DNA from: Phoronis australis
Lineage: Eukaryota > Animalia > Phoronida
Direction: 5' to 3'
Length of the DNA stretch: 64,000 bases
Assembly (NCBI GenBank): GCA_002633005.1
Contig: NMRA01000214.1
Span: 100,310-164,309 of the forward strand
Shown here: piece by piece, positions 36,976 to 50,816 of the stretch
Layout: every line of letters starts with the position of its first letter
Numbering within the stretch: position 1 is the stretch's first letter
Translations under genes and position numbers: made by a program
Notes under the pieces: model-generated
The model's database searches: none
Told to the model about the DNA's origin: nothing
What the model saw: only the letters and a program-made list of their open reading frames with translations

Positions 36976-39160
36976 GGAACAAAAATATACGCTATAATAA
37001 AAATTGTGTTTGGTAAGATAAATTTTATTAAAGATTTTCACTTGGCTGTTGTTATATGATCCATTTCAAATCTTTTGTTAAATCTCTTAAAATTGGTTGG
37101 TTTAAAAGATTATTATTAACCACTGACATTGCCTGAAAACTATTCTGACGTCAAGTGAAATATTTTCAAGTATTTTGTTTTTATTCTGGTAGATCATGTT
37201 ACCGAACTTTATCCAAAAAATAGAACGAAAGTAAACGCTATAATAAAAATTGTGTTTGGTAAGATAAACTCCTCTGAATTAAAAAAATATGACTGTAAAT
37301 TCGTATGAAAATGATGGTTTGTCTGTTTCTGTTGTAAATATTATGTTCAAGTCACTAGTAGAGTGGAAACAGTGCAGTTTTTAAGTATTTTCAAACTATG
37401 TTTTCAAAACATATGAGGGTAGTCTGATCTTAAAATCAACTTATAGTTACTTGTTGTCTCTTGTCAATCTTGATATCTTTTACCATGACATATCGATTGT
37501 TTAGGAAGAAATTATACACCACTTACATAAGGACAAAGCCACTGAAAATCAAATAGTGCGGAACAACAAAAACATCTTGATGGGTGGGGGGGTTGTATTT
37601 TTAACAGTTTTTATGAGATAAGCATCTTTTTTGTGAAGGATCTTTAAGGTTTTGAAAACAATTTCCTGATCTGGGAGATACTGAAAAAGGCTATGTATAA
37701 GGCAAACCGGATTAATTAAGCTGCTTCAAGAGGTGCCATAAAGGTGAAAACCGAGCCTCCCAGGTCAAAGCGCGCAATTTCTTTTCAGTTAAATAAAATA
37801 ACTACACGATTTTCCAGAAATATGTTGTTTTTCAAAACAGTTTTGCCTCCGGATATTGAATACAGCTGAATTAATATTTACCTTAGGCATCAAAGTCAAA
37901 ATTTACATTCTTCCGCACTAACTGTTGTTGCTTGGTTCCTTATTTTAAAACTTTCAAATATTATATAACTATCTTCGCAGAAAGATTTATATAGAAAGTG
38001 TTCTGAAAAAGATGCGATTAATTATTGGGTACACATGTGCATCTTGTGTAACGTTTATCATTATATTTGTGCAATAACTGTGATTTCGTGAGACTTTTAC
38101 GGTAAGAGATTCAGAAACTCTTACTCTTCTTAAATGCAAAACGCGACTTAAACTTCAATTAAATGTTATTTTTAAGGCGTTGTTAAGTAGTTGTCAGTAT
38201 TTCATTTATAACTGCTGTAAAGACTAGACTAACACACCTACTCAAGTGCTCTCGTCATTATAGGTCTCGTCCCCACAATGTCTGTAATGATTAAGTGCGG
38301 CTTAGTGTTCGTGGTCCCCCCCACCAGAGCCAAGGTGGGCTGTCGAATTGTGCCTCCCTACCCAATAATTTATGCCTTACTTCGGACCTGGACAATCATT
38401 TTTGTTGGTGTAGAAAAGCGCGCAGTTTTGGGACAGGAGAAGAATCCTATTTGACGCCCTCTCCAGTCGCCTCTGTAGGCAACTCGACCGGTTTGCGTAC
38501 CGCCCTGCCAGGCCATTGATCAAAGACGACATGCTGCTGTAGTTAATTACATCGCCTCAAGCTGCTGATGTTATCGTTCTCCATCATAAACACACTGGTG
38601 AATAGTCAGTAATTTTTTTCGGTTTTGGAAGTTTCATATAAAGAATTTCTGTGACTCAAAAGCAGAGTAGGTTTGTGAATTTTGAAAATTAAAGAAGAAA
38701 TGTGACTTCTACAACCTAGAAGTTTGCACAATGTTGCCGTTCATTGAACGCTCCTGGGAGCAAGAGCTATGTATATTTATCTCTTGGCTGGGAGTGCTCC
38801 CATACCACCAAACGGCTTGAGTTACGTCAATCTAGGTACACTGTATAGGCCATGCAGTCGGCGCTGACGGGACACGGTCTTTGCAAAATTAGATTAGTTC
38901 ATTACTCGACATATTCCTACACTACGGTTATTTTCGTTTTATTCCTTTTGTGACAGAACATTAATTTTGCTTATTTTTTGTTGTGTGCAAGAGCAGTCGT
39001 CGCTGGCCGAACGGGGCGCCACGGGGTATATCTGTGGTGAACCACCCCGAGCTGGCTTTACTGGTGACAACTTTCGCCAAGGGGTTCTCCTTAACAAAAA
39101 TTCCTCGTCAAAGTCTTCGGAGTTCAGGTACACACAGACACAGATATTGCACGTCCAAAG

Positions 39161-39233
39161 CACAGGCGTCCTCAGCTTCTGATCGTCCCCAATGTAGTGT
39201 ATTGGGGACGATCAGAAGCTGAGGACGCCTGTG
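39161..39233. repeat. Perfect 33-bp inverted repeat with 7-nt loop
   Basis: CACAGGCGTCCTCAGCTTCTGATCGTCCCCAAT-GTAGTGT-ATTGGGGACGATCAGAAGCTGAGGACGCCTGTG. Confidence 0.95.
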
Positions 39234-42200
39234 GTCCAAACCGCCTTGACTTACTTAAATTCCACTTCAGCTCTTCGGTGGCTGTCTGAACCCCAGACAC
39301 TCTCGAAACTAAGTTCAACTATCTTTATTAACAATAAAAAGCACAATATTCCATTCAAACCAGTTTCCGAATTCGCAGATTCACTCGAACCAAAAGGCAC
39401 GTCTTTCCTCTAACACAGCCAGAACGAAGAGGCTGACCTGAACACGAGGGTTCAGCAGACAAACCGAACATCACCAGCAGGCCCTGATTGGCCTAAACAA
39501 CAGACCAATTGGCCACAAGAGGGGTTCAAGTAACAACCAATTAAGGAATCATAACAAACCTGACGTAAAAGGTCAAAGGTCACATACCTGTCAGTCCCAG
39601 TGTCATGCATGACATCACTTTGCTATTATCCGGGAACACCTATGATGTTACTGATATTGCCTTTGCACACTAATAATTTGGAACTCATCTGGTCTCGATT
39701 ATTAGACTTGGTAATCTTTTAGTATAAAATTGCAGCGACGAGTTTGAAGGCAATTAGTTAGGTCCATGTCACATTTGGTGGACCATGACTTACTCCTACG
39801 TAATTGGGGTGAATGTACATAAAGGCTGTGGTGTTGGTGGTATCCCCCGCTGGGCTGCCCTGCTGTCGTTGGTGCTAGTGCAGCCCAAACGGATGCCTGC
39901 GCGAAACTGATTTGATGCACTTCAGTTTGGCGTGTGTTGGGGAGCCAAATTGATGCCTGCGACAAACTAAAGCTACCGTAAGTTCCCAATACTGCCAATT
40001 GTTTATATGTTTTATTCTTTTTTTCTTAACAGTTATATGATAGGTTGAATTTGACTAAATGCATCGAACATTTTTAGTGCAGTTATTTTTATTGTGGCAA
40101 TTTTTTTGTTCAAAATGTGTTGACTTTGTAGAAACTTTATCCTTTTTACGAAAATACTCTTCCTACCTCGATTGGTGTTGCCAAATATTACTTATTTTTC
40201 CTTAATTCTCAAGCGGTCCGAGTCAGTTGATTGTGTTGAAAGTGCCTTGAGTCAAGTTGAGTGTGTCGAATGTGGGTCGCTTGACAGTATAGTCCAAAAC
40301 CTCACCTGAATTGGCAATAAATTACTGGAATCAAAGCATAGTGAAAAAAGGAACGTATGGACTGTACTGTGGTTGAAAATCGGCAATAAAATAACAAAAC
40401 AACAGCTTTTCAAGGACTGGAACATTGCGGCTGGTTTAACCGATCTCGTTACTTTCTGCTAGTGTCAATCTACGAGACTCACTGATTCACTTCAATGAAA
40501 CACTACTGAGGCATGTGACCCAAGTTCGACACATGCACCAATCTCTTATTTTTTCAACTTTTTTCATCTGTAACTTAATTTTAATTAAAGAATTACAAGT
40601 AGGTTTATAGCTAATGTATTCAACTTGAAAAATATTAAAAGAAGCAATGCCTTTGCTTTTATTTCGATTGAAGCTGGTGCATTATTTTGAACTTTTTTAT
40701 TTCAATCAGCGTACTGGAAAAGTGTGCAGAAATTTGTCAAACAATGGGGGTCTTGGCGATTCCGTAAAGTTCTTAACTTTTCTTTATTAGCTGGTAAGAC
40801 ATGAAAGTTGATGACCAAACACTATATTCAATTACTCCGAAATCAATTCCTCAGTTATTCAAAAAAGTCAAGTTGAGTGACCAACTTTCAACATGATTCG
40901 AATTCGACATAATGGCTGCATCAGAACTGAAATTGACGACAATGATTGCGGCATGGTGCATTATAGTCTCACAGGACACTTTCCAGATGTGATTAATCCA
41001 TATGACTTGCATAAGTGAGCACTCATTGTTGTCAATTTTGTAATCTGTTGACCATAAACCACCTGCAGTTATGTGGGAACTGAGGTAGCTTCAGTTTGGT
41101 GCAGGCATTAGTTTGGCTCATCAACCCATGCCAAATGGTTTGGCATGGTGTGGTGTATAGTGCATGGGCACATGGTCGTAGTGGAGGATTAAATGCACAA
41201 AGCAACATGGCCCATGGCCAAAATGCAGCAAATGCTCAATTTCGCCAACTTGTACAAGTTTCCAAATGGCTCGTATTTTCAGTTATTGTTTACAATCCGA
41301 CTTTATTAACAAGTCCTGGTTGGCCAAACGCACGTCCAGGACTCCTGTTTAAATGTCCCACGTCCAGTTTTAAGATCCTGCGACTGGTTTAAAAAAATAG
41401 GGACCAGTTTGTAAAAAAGGCGTTGTCATCGTTAAGAAGGCCTTCACTGGTTCAAATTACACTTGACAGCAACTGGCCACTAACTGGTCCCGTGTCAAAA
41501 CCCTAATCACCGATCTCACTCTAGCGGCAGACCGGGCCGTTAGTCTATTGATGGTATAACACGGGTTGTAAATAATCTCTCAATCATCTTTTCGATTCAT
41601 CTCGACCAAGCAGTCATAGTCAATTGAATTAAAACAAAGGCCCAGGGCCACTTATAAGCCTACTCTACTACCTGCTTAGTGGAGGTGCAATCCGGCACCT
41701 TTTCATATTTTTTTTGTGTTCGGCGGATAACTGATCATAATAACCCATTGAAAATAAGTAGGCCTATGTCTCAGTGGGTAGTTCTGCTAAGTCTAACTAG
41801 TCAGCAAAGACACCACAGCGGCCGTCTTTTGGGTAGACAGTGAATCTTTTGGGTGGTCAGAATTTTTTTTCGTTGTACATTTTTCAGTATTCCGTGGGCC
41901 CCACGCCACTGGTCTGACTTACCGACACCAGTCTCAACCTTTGCATGGAAGCGATTTTGATGACTCTCATTGGTTGTTGTTTGTGCATTTCATACTTAGA
42001 TGAATATTATTGAATACTTTTGGTGCCACCAGCCCATCAAGATTGTCTGAGTTCATCTCATTGCCTTATAACGAGTTTTGTTGGAAGCATAAGCATTATA
42101 TCTGTTGCACATATTCCCTCTGAAAATCTGCCAAGCCGTTCACAAGTCAACTTCAGTAGCATCCATGCACGACGTTTGCAGTTTCGGGGAGTAATTCTGA

Positions 42201-43804
42201 GATTTGGGACAGCCAGTGACGTCACAGAGAAAACATAGAAACGGCTATCAAGACATAAAAATGCGACTGGCTTTACAAAGGCACTTCACTTGGACTCTCG
42301 TTTTGTGGGAAAGGTTTACCTTTATCTTAAGACTTTTTGGACGTTGTCGACATTGACATCACAAGTATTGAGTAAAATATTTCCCCACATTGTTTCAAAC
42401 ACAACTGTGTAGACTTCCATTTCAAAGTCATTGAGTAAACAAATGGGTTATGGGATATGTATGTAAATACGGTAAGTCCACTTTTTAACAATAAAAAGTT
42501 GGACAAACAGTTATTTGTTTGCACTGCTGTGCATTACTGTTGAAGTGCATGGGTAAAAATAAGGTGCACACTAGCTTATGTAGACTACCGCGGGGTTCCG
42601 GCATGTTTGTTGCTGTTTAGATATTCAGATGTGGAGAACACTGTACTCATACCAATACATTATGGCTTTTTATTAATATAGTCAGTGATTTTTCCAAGGC
42701 GTACATTTGCCACGCTAGTTTTGAGTGGCTGCCACTTTAAAAGTGAGACTCCTCTCATCAGGAATGATAAAGTTTGTTTATTTTGTTAATGTAAATTTAC
42801 AATGAGGGTAGCCCCATCAATTCACACTGCTTTCCATGGGGGCCCTCAATAAAAACATACAAAGACAGTAAGACAAACTATCAGACAATATTTAAATAAT
42901 CGGTGAAGAATAAGAAATTAACTTGGAAAGACTGATGAAACAAAATGGATATTAAAATATGATCAATAGAAGATAATAAAAGTAAAACAAGATAATTAAA
43001 TAAAATATAAATATTTAATAAAACAGTCAATAAATAATTAATAAAAGTAAGACATCTTATATATATACACACATATATACACTTCAACACATATACATAT
43101 GTACACAAAACGTACCAAGAGTGGCGTACATGAAGTAATATCTCACGAGACATTATTCCCGGTATCGACCTAGACCGAATATCCCATGCGCTTCGAATCC
43201 CTAAGTTTCTTGCATTTTTTCAGCAGAGTTTTCAAATACTTCACCCAGACTATTCACATGGCGGATCACATCCTATATGTATGTACTTGCGCATTAGGTT
43301 GCAAGTTTTCTCTTGAAAAAGAAACACTTTTAAAAGTAACGATTTATTTCTTGAAAAGAGGTAGCAAAGATGAAAACAACGGCAACTGAGCAGTGAACTT
43401 GTAACATCTCCTGGAAATAGTTAAAAAACAACAATATTTGATATTTTAATTTCCTAGGAATCGGCTCCTGAGTTGCAGTCGATATACTATTCAGCAGTTG
43501 AAAACTGAGACATAAGTGTCTTATAATTAACGGTTTTGTTCCAGATTTTACGTTTAGGGCCTGGTTGCATGTCGAGTGTTAGTTACACGGTTGCAACTGT
43601 GTTACTTTAAACTATATTCAGAAAGTTTGATGATCGAACCGGCTGAAGACATCGAGTCGACATTGACCTACCTTTTGAACATTCCATGTCCGAGGTCGCT
43701 GTTAAAGTAGTGCGGGAGGTGAATATGGAAAACTTTATTTCATGGCCGTATTTCCCTCGACAGATTCAACGCGCGTAGTATAAACATACATATTAAGTAC
43801 TTAC

Positions 43805-43915
43805 ATATGTACATATACATACATACATACATACTTACAAATATATATACGTACATACATACATACACACAAATACACAACTACATACACATAAATGCAC
43901 ACGTATATACGTATG
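43805..43915. repeat. Degenerate (TACA)n microsatellite
   Basis: Direct inspection of the sequence. Confidence 0.85.
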
Positions 43916-44324
43916 AATAAAAAATAGCCTGGTCTGGGGATATTGACTGTAAGTTTGCTAGACAGAACACATCTACATGTAGTTAAATTGATTTCTCATA
44001 ATTCTTTTAAAGGTTATTAAGGGTGATGCAGATTTGGCGCACTTCAATTTGTTAACCTCGACTAGACAAAATTATATGTATTTTCAAATTCGTCGGCTGG
44101 AAACTAATGGATGCTCTTCTCTGTTCAAATGTTCTGATTCCATAGCAGTAGAAAATGTCATTGCAAGTGTCCTGGGTTGTTTGAAAGTTTATAGCAAAGA
44201 TGACATCGTTAAGTGTTAGCAAACAGTACCAGTAGTTGTTTTCAAGACTGGTCTGAAAACTATTGTCCAAGTGAACTGCATACCATGTGCTAAGTGCAAA
44301 TGATAGTGAATTTTTCGATTTCAG

Positions 44325-44896
44325 ATATTGGGATGGATGAAGAAGAATGCTGTGAGTTGGAATTGAAACACAATATCACTGACAGAAGTTTCAATGATTC
44401 AGTTTCATCTGAGTTGTGTAAGAATTCCTTTGATAGTCTGAACGTTTCTTGCACTCAGGAATGTGATGAAGTTGACATTGTTGGCAGTGTTGAGGAGGAC
44501 AGCGGAGAAGGATCCTGTATCAAACAAGAAAAAGATGAGGCCCAGGCTGATCATGAGGAAGTTGGATATCTTGTGGCTGACAATGTGTTTGTGCCTACAG
44601 TGTTTAGACTGGAGTGTGACGACGACAAATTCATGCCACATGATGCTGTTTCTGATACCCATGTGACTAGTGGTGAGAGTAACGTAGTCAAACAAACGAG
44701 AATGCATGCTGCTAAGAAACTGGCGAAGTGTAAAGTATGTGGAGAGTCATTTAAGGGAAACCGCGAACTTGCTAAACACTCTAAGACAATGCATAAAAGT
44801 GAAAAAACACACAAATGCACTGTGTGTGGAAAGTCTTTTACCCGAAATGCCAATCTTGTTTGGCACATGAGGAGACACGCAGGTAAGAAACCATAA
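44325..44896 (+). CDS. Terminal exon of a C2H2 zinc-finger protein (acidic linker plus two fingers)
   Basis: TTTCGATTTCAG acceptor. CKVCGESFKGNRELAKHSKTMH and CTVCGKSFTRNANLVWHMRRH. Upstream exons not identified. Confidence 0.85.
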
Positions 44897-46350
44897 AGGA
44901 GCGATCTATGTGTGGCAAAGTCCCATGTTACAAGTAGTCAACCAGATAGCCAGTATGTATCCTTACTTTTATTGGAACGCAGTGTTCCACCTTGTTTGAG
45001 GTGTTTAAAAAGCCAATTTTGGTCTGCCTAAGTTTTGTCAGTCTCGAGAAATCATTTGTTGCCCTTAAATTAAAATTTTTGGTGTTTGTAATGCCCTCCT
45101 GGCAGGGACTCATCTTGGATTTGAAAAGTGGGGTCCAAATTCACCAGATTGACTCTAGTCTTAGGCTGGAATTCTGTCTGAGGTCACCTTGTTGTCACAG
45201 AACAGAAGATATTCTCTCGAAAAACGTTGCAGCCAGCATTTGCTAATGGTCACTGTGACATTTAAATTGAAAATGGACAACAATATTTTGTGATCTCGAT
45301 TTATGTTGGCATCCAGCTTAAACAATGACTTGTAGGTTTCAATAAAATCTATGAATGAGTAATGTTAAAATTCTTTGTTACCGAACAAGCTATAGGTTTT
45401 CTCTCTTTTCTGTTGGTTCTAGCCATCATTTTTTAGAACTGCCCATGCTGGTAACATTGGCTAGATGAGACCCTGCCTTGTGGCATTTACAATAAAATAT
45501 TTTTAATTATTATTTACACCAATTAGAGTAAATGATGGTATTAAAAACATGCACATTTTGTACTTACAGAGTTCATTTTTTTTCACTGCAAAAGTATTAT
45601 TTAGTATATCATGTTTGAGGGATGGACATAATAGAACTCAAATCTGAATACTGAATCTTTTCAATAGGCATGGAAATGAAAAAGACAACCTTTCATAAAA
45701 ATCTGATTGTGAAAGTGTCACACAAGTGAGTGGTAAATCATGTATGTACATGTACCACCATTGTATGAGTGGCTTGGCATTGGTAATCGTGACGTCTAAC
45801 ATTAAAACAAGTCCATTTAGGAGTAACACTGCCATCCGGGCTTCTTCTTGACATTTTTCAAGAAACGACTTCGAAATTTTAGTCCTTTAGATCAAAGACC
45901 ATTTGGAGTAAAGGCTGAAAAATTGTATGTCTTCCATAGAAATTTCCCGAGACTTTCATACAATTACCTCAAGGATTTTAGTTCTTCCCTAGGAGAACGT
46001 GGTTTGAAGAAAATTCACTAGTAAAAAACGGAAATCACTATTTCCGAAAGACTGCTTGTATGTAAAATGTGCATTCAATTGCAGCTTAAACACTGTAACC
46101 ATGACATTGAAGGCCCATGAGCCAAACTTAAGGTAAAAGAATACCTTTCACACCATTTCAGCCATGTTTTTCTGTGACAGGAAGTCTTTAGCTTTTAATG
46201 CATGAAAACTTGCCAAAATACGCTTTCAATGCTGCGTGCCAGTAAACTTTCTATAATGATTAGTTGCCCGGGACAGTAATTCAATGGAAGCTTTACTATA
46301 ATACATGCGCAGACACAGAATCTAAAGGTCATGGAACAGAGACACAAAGG

Positions 46351-46538
46351 ATGAAAAGAGCAAGTGTTCATCCTGCCACTCTGCAAGAATCTGAAAAGCG
46401 ACAACGAATCCTCGAGTCCGAAAAGCAGTATCACCAACAAACCATTTGCTTAGGGGAAGTGTTCGGAAGGTGGGAAGCATTGCGGACAAGACTGAATATT
46501 CCAGCTCAAAAGGATTTTGCACGGCTTTTAGTGGAACA
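46351..46538 (+). CDS. Probable 5' coding exon that splices to the piggyBac-derived exon
   Basis: MKRASVHP...TICLGEVFGRWEALRTRLNIPAQKDFARLLVE then CA|GTAAGT (phase 2), compatible with the acceptor at 51962. Confidence 0.65.
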
Positions 46539-46931
46539 GTAAGTTAGAACTCAACTTGCAGTTACAATCTTCATCAGTTATACTAATTGTTTTTAAAATT
46601 TGCAAGGACTTAAAGATACTGGGTTTCTTATTGGCAATCCTGAACTGCCTGTTGTCTGCTTCATATTGTTGGGACAACTGATCTAAGCTGGTCTAGTCCA
46701 GTTTTTGCCCTTCGATTTATTACCTGAGGTTGAGATTGATTTCAACAGAGTTAAGTAATCAGAAAAGAGTTGCCCGTGGCATGCGGGTCACAAAGTAGAG
46801 TTTGGTGGGGACGTGCTACCAACTAAGGGAAATTATTGTGTAAAATCACCTTAGTAGAGGCAAGACTCAAACACAGGACTTAATATACTTCAGAGTCTGC
46901 CAAAGAGCAGTTGCTCATTGCAGATTCACCA

Positions 46932-48024
46932 TTTTTATGCGCCCACATAATGTGGACGCATTATGCCGTCATCTCTGTCCGTCCGTCTGTCCGTCCGTCC
47001 GTCCGTCTGGGTGGCGTCCGTCCGGCGTCTGGCGTCTGGCGTCCGCTGCTCTATCTCCAAAACCCTTTGACATACGTTCATGAAATTTGGCACATATGTT
47101 CCATTCATGAATGGGACGGCACGTGCGAACTTTCGGACGGATCCGACTACCGGTGTGCCCCCTAGTGGCAATTTTAGTTTTTTACGCTTACCTTTGTATC
47201 TTCAAAAGTCCTGAACGGATTTTCATGAAATTTGGTATGTAGGCACCTATTAGTGAGATGACGCTATCCTACTGTTTTCAGATGGATTCGACGTAGTTTG
47301 CGCCACCTAGTGGCCATTTTTACTGTTTTCGAGTCTGTATTTTTGCGTCCACCCCTCTATCAACCAAACCGCTCAAAGGATGATTGTGAAAATTGGCGTG
47401 TATGTGCTTACTATAAGGAAGACAGCTGACAATGATTTTCAGACGATTTGGACTACTGTGGCGCCTCCTAGTGGCAGTTTTGTTTTTTTGCGCCCATGGC
47501 TGTATCTCCCAAACCGTTTGCAGGATCTTTACTAAATTTAGCAAGTGTATTTATGTGATGTTGACAACGGACGATGACGACTTTAGGATGATTCTGATTA
47601 CCGGTATGCCTCTAGTGGCAATTTTAGTATTTGCCTCTAGTGGCAATTTTAGTATTTTACATTGACCTCTGTATTTTCATAGGTCTTCAGGTGTATACTT
47701 TGTGTTACTTCGTGACTGTGAAGGAAAAGTTCCAAGTAGAAATTTGTTTCTGGCATTCTAATGCTGTGCTAATCTCGTATTTGTAAATTTGTTTTTAATT
47801 CTATGTTTCTGTGGTGCTTTAAGCAACTGGTGTATAGGATGTGCTTGTATTATGAAGATTACTCACATTTTGCCCCTAGCCTATTGAGGAGACAATGACC
47901 ATGACTTTCCATTTTGCAAAGTATGCCCTCTACTGGCCACTTAATGGTACCAATAAACAACCCTAGAAGGATACCGTATGCGGTGCAATTGTGGGCGCAT
48001 TTCAACGCTCCGCGTTGCTCTTGT
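46932..48024 (+). mobile_element. Non-autonomous Helentron-associated element (HINE/DINE-1-like)
   Basis: 5' subTIR ATGCGCCCAC with adjacent inverted copy GTGGACGCAT, a (GTCC/GTCT)n microsatellite, ~150-bp internal repeats containing CTAGTGGC, 3' subTIR GTGGGCGCAT and stem-loop CAACGC-TCC-GCGTTG, inserted in a T-rich site. Confidence 0.88.
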
Positions 48025-48882
48025 ATTGTGATGTTGCAGTATCCTCACAGTGGATATTTTGCGCCCTGCCGTTGTAGATGATAAATGAAAGATGTGACAA
48101 CCGTGGACGTATTATCTCCCTTTTCCCATTCCATCTTGTGCCACAATTTTGAATGTTTGACGGTGTCTTCCTACCCATTTATGTAGAAAAGCACCTCTGG
48201 ACATGCTGAATACATTCAGTCCCTACTGGGCAAGGGTGATATAAATGATTTCAATTACGAGACATTGGGGTGAGAATGATTGTGCCCATCTAATTTTACT
48301 TTCATTCAGATCACCAGTCTCCCTCACCTGTCTATGCCAAGAGTTTTATTATGACCACTGTTGGCTTAGTGAGTAATAGTCATGGTCAACAAAACTATAC
48401 TTGAGAATGTCCAAATAGTTTGTTTTGTTTTTTCAGTTATGAAAGCACTGAGCAACAGTAAGTTGAATTCTCTTATTCCATTAACTTTTAGAAGTAAGAA
48501 TAGTTGTGACAACCTCAAGTGTTGGGTTATTCGTAGTCTCTTTTTTCTTTTTATTTCCGTTTTATGCTCTGCAGGTTGGGAAGAATGTCCAAGGGTTGTA
48601 TGGTTACTCTCAGCCTACTTGGTTAAAGCAAACACCTGGGCCCAGGGTACATTCTCTGAACTTAGACTTTACCCACACTCAAACAATGAAAATTAGCTAG
48701 TGAAGGCACATTAGTCAATACAGATTTTTAAGTTTATTCGTGCTGTGCAACTGATCAATTTTGGAGCACAGAGATTAGAATCTGTGAGCCTGGCTCTTTT
48801 GTATAAACATTGCAATATAAGCCTGATATATTTCCTGCTGCATAAGTCTATTTCTCTGCTACAAATTGACCATTAAACTTAA

Positions 48883-50193
48883 AGGCGAAGGCAACCTATT
48901 TTCATGTCATTTTTAGCAAAAATAGGGTTCACTGGTTATCCCAGACATATTTTTCACTTATTTACAGCTTTTCATAATTTAATTAATTACTCGTCGTCTA
49001 CTCCGGAAGTGACGTTTTGGGAGGCAAGAATTTCGCGCCAATTTCTTTTCATACAGTCTGACTGTGAGAGCAGTCAAGTCAGTCATTGTTCTACCTCGGT
49101 TGTGATGATTTCGGTCGTTGTTTGCTTTTGTTTACGAGTCAGTCAACATGCCACGTTGTTGTTGCCTACCGAGATGTACTCATTATCGTCTCACGTACAG
49201 AGGAAGAACTGTCCCACTTGCATGAGTGTCCCGTGACTCTCCTAGTGGATGGTGACTTGAGCACCCAAACTGCTTACATCCCGCCGTGCGACTCCCTCGT
49301 CACACACCTGGCACCTTCCAAGTAGCTCCAATACAAGTCCACTATAAACTTATCAAACTTAGGCTCACCGATCCGTTCATTGGATGACGAACTGTCCTTT
49401 TCACTGGGTGTCAAACTGGGCCTGTATTCACTCCCACTACTCAACATCACTGCAGGGTTGCTTACAGGCTCTGGGCTAGATACAACAGCACACGGGGAAT
49501 CACTGCTATTTCGTGGCATTGCACGCTATTGGTTACGTTTGGAGGCATGGGTGACAGTAGAGGAAGTGCCTCCAGTCACTGTTTATAGTGGCCACAGCTT
49601 GCGAGGCTTCTTGCTTCAAAAACGCACTTCTCGGGGGTGGCGACGGGGAACTGCCAGGAATCAACAGCGACGGTATGGAACCCTTCTTCAGGCGTTGTTT
49701 CGCAGGAACCTTCATCAATTCAGCATACATATCTCTGTCGTAATCTGACGGATGAAAATGCTTGCCACTGCTTTGTACGTTGCGTGAACGGGTAGCGCTG
49801 CGTTCTTCACACGAACAAGCTAGCCAAGTACGGCGAAGTGTGTCATCCTTCGAAAAGCGATGCAAGGTACCCAAAGTGCGTGTGAGGCAATAATGAGTAC
49901 ATCCTGGTACGCAGCAACAGCGCGGCATGTTGACTGACTTGTAAACAAAAGCAAACGAGGACCGAACTTATCACATCCGAGGTAGAACAATGATTGACTT
50001 GACAGCTCTCACAGTCTGACTGTATGCAAAGAAATTGGCGCGAAATTCTTGCCTCCCAAAACGTCACTTCCGGGGTAGAGGACGAGAAATTAATTAAATT
50101 ACGAAAAACTGTAATTAAGTGAAAAATATGTCTGGGATAATCATCATACCTTATTTTTGCTAAAAGTGACGTGAAAAAAGGTTGCCTTCGCCT
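48883..50193 (-). mobile_element. Kolobok-like truncated element carrying a THAP-transposase 5' end, with ~280-bp inverted arms
   Basis: TTAA|AGGCGAAGGCAACC ... GGTTGCCTTCGCCT|TTAA. Minus ORF MPRCCCVPGC...LHRF...W...KHF...LKKGSIPSL (THAP), then a decayed KFIV...GHSCKWDSS zinc-ribbon region. Confidence 0.85.
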
Positions 50194-50816
50194 TTAACGG
50201 TATGGCAAATTGACATGAAGTACTTTTTAAGTCTCGTGAATGCTCCTGATAAAATGGGTCAAAGTGGAATCATTAAAATCATTCTTCATTATGATTATGT
50301 ACTTGTAGAATGAGTGGTTCAGACAACTCTCCTAGTGAAACTGTTTTGGAGGAGCCTGAAGAAACATTGAGGTATTGTTGAAGTTAATTTCTTTAACCCT
50401 TGTCTTGCCGATGGCGAGTTCAGCCAATTATTCTGCTCACGGCTGTGAACTAGCCTTTGATAAACTGCAGTTGTCTACTCTCACCCCAGGCCACTCGAGT
50501 TTTTCATACAGGAATTGGTGCATTTCACAGTATGTGTTTGGTAAGGGATGTAACATTTTTGACATTTTAATCTTTATAATTAACAAATCAATTAGTATAT
50601 GAAAATGGTTTTAACATCAGTGTGTGGCTTAGTAAAAGTTAGGGGTAGCAATTGCAATCATCTTAATTGTGGTACTAGGCATTACATAAATGGACACCGT
50701 GATTTTCAAAATTGGGCATTTACTCAAAAGTCTACTCTCCCTGTAACACATTTGGATTGAAGTATACATTTTTGAAAGCACTTATATCAAGTTTTAAGGT
50801 ATAGTTTTCATAAATT

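Noticed and set aside
38985-39650. Definite solo LTR call
   Set aside because: TG...CA ends and a TSD could not be established, so it is mentioned only as context for the hairpin.
46911-47665. ORFs with SVRP repeats
   Set aside because: Translations of the HINE microsatellite and core repeats.
50393-50420. TTAA-CCCT as the left TIR of the piggyBac ORF
   Set aside because: No matching right TIR found downstream of the ORF; AGGG-TTAA near 62930 does not match beyond 4 bp.
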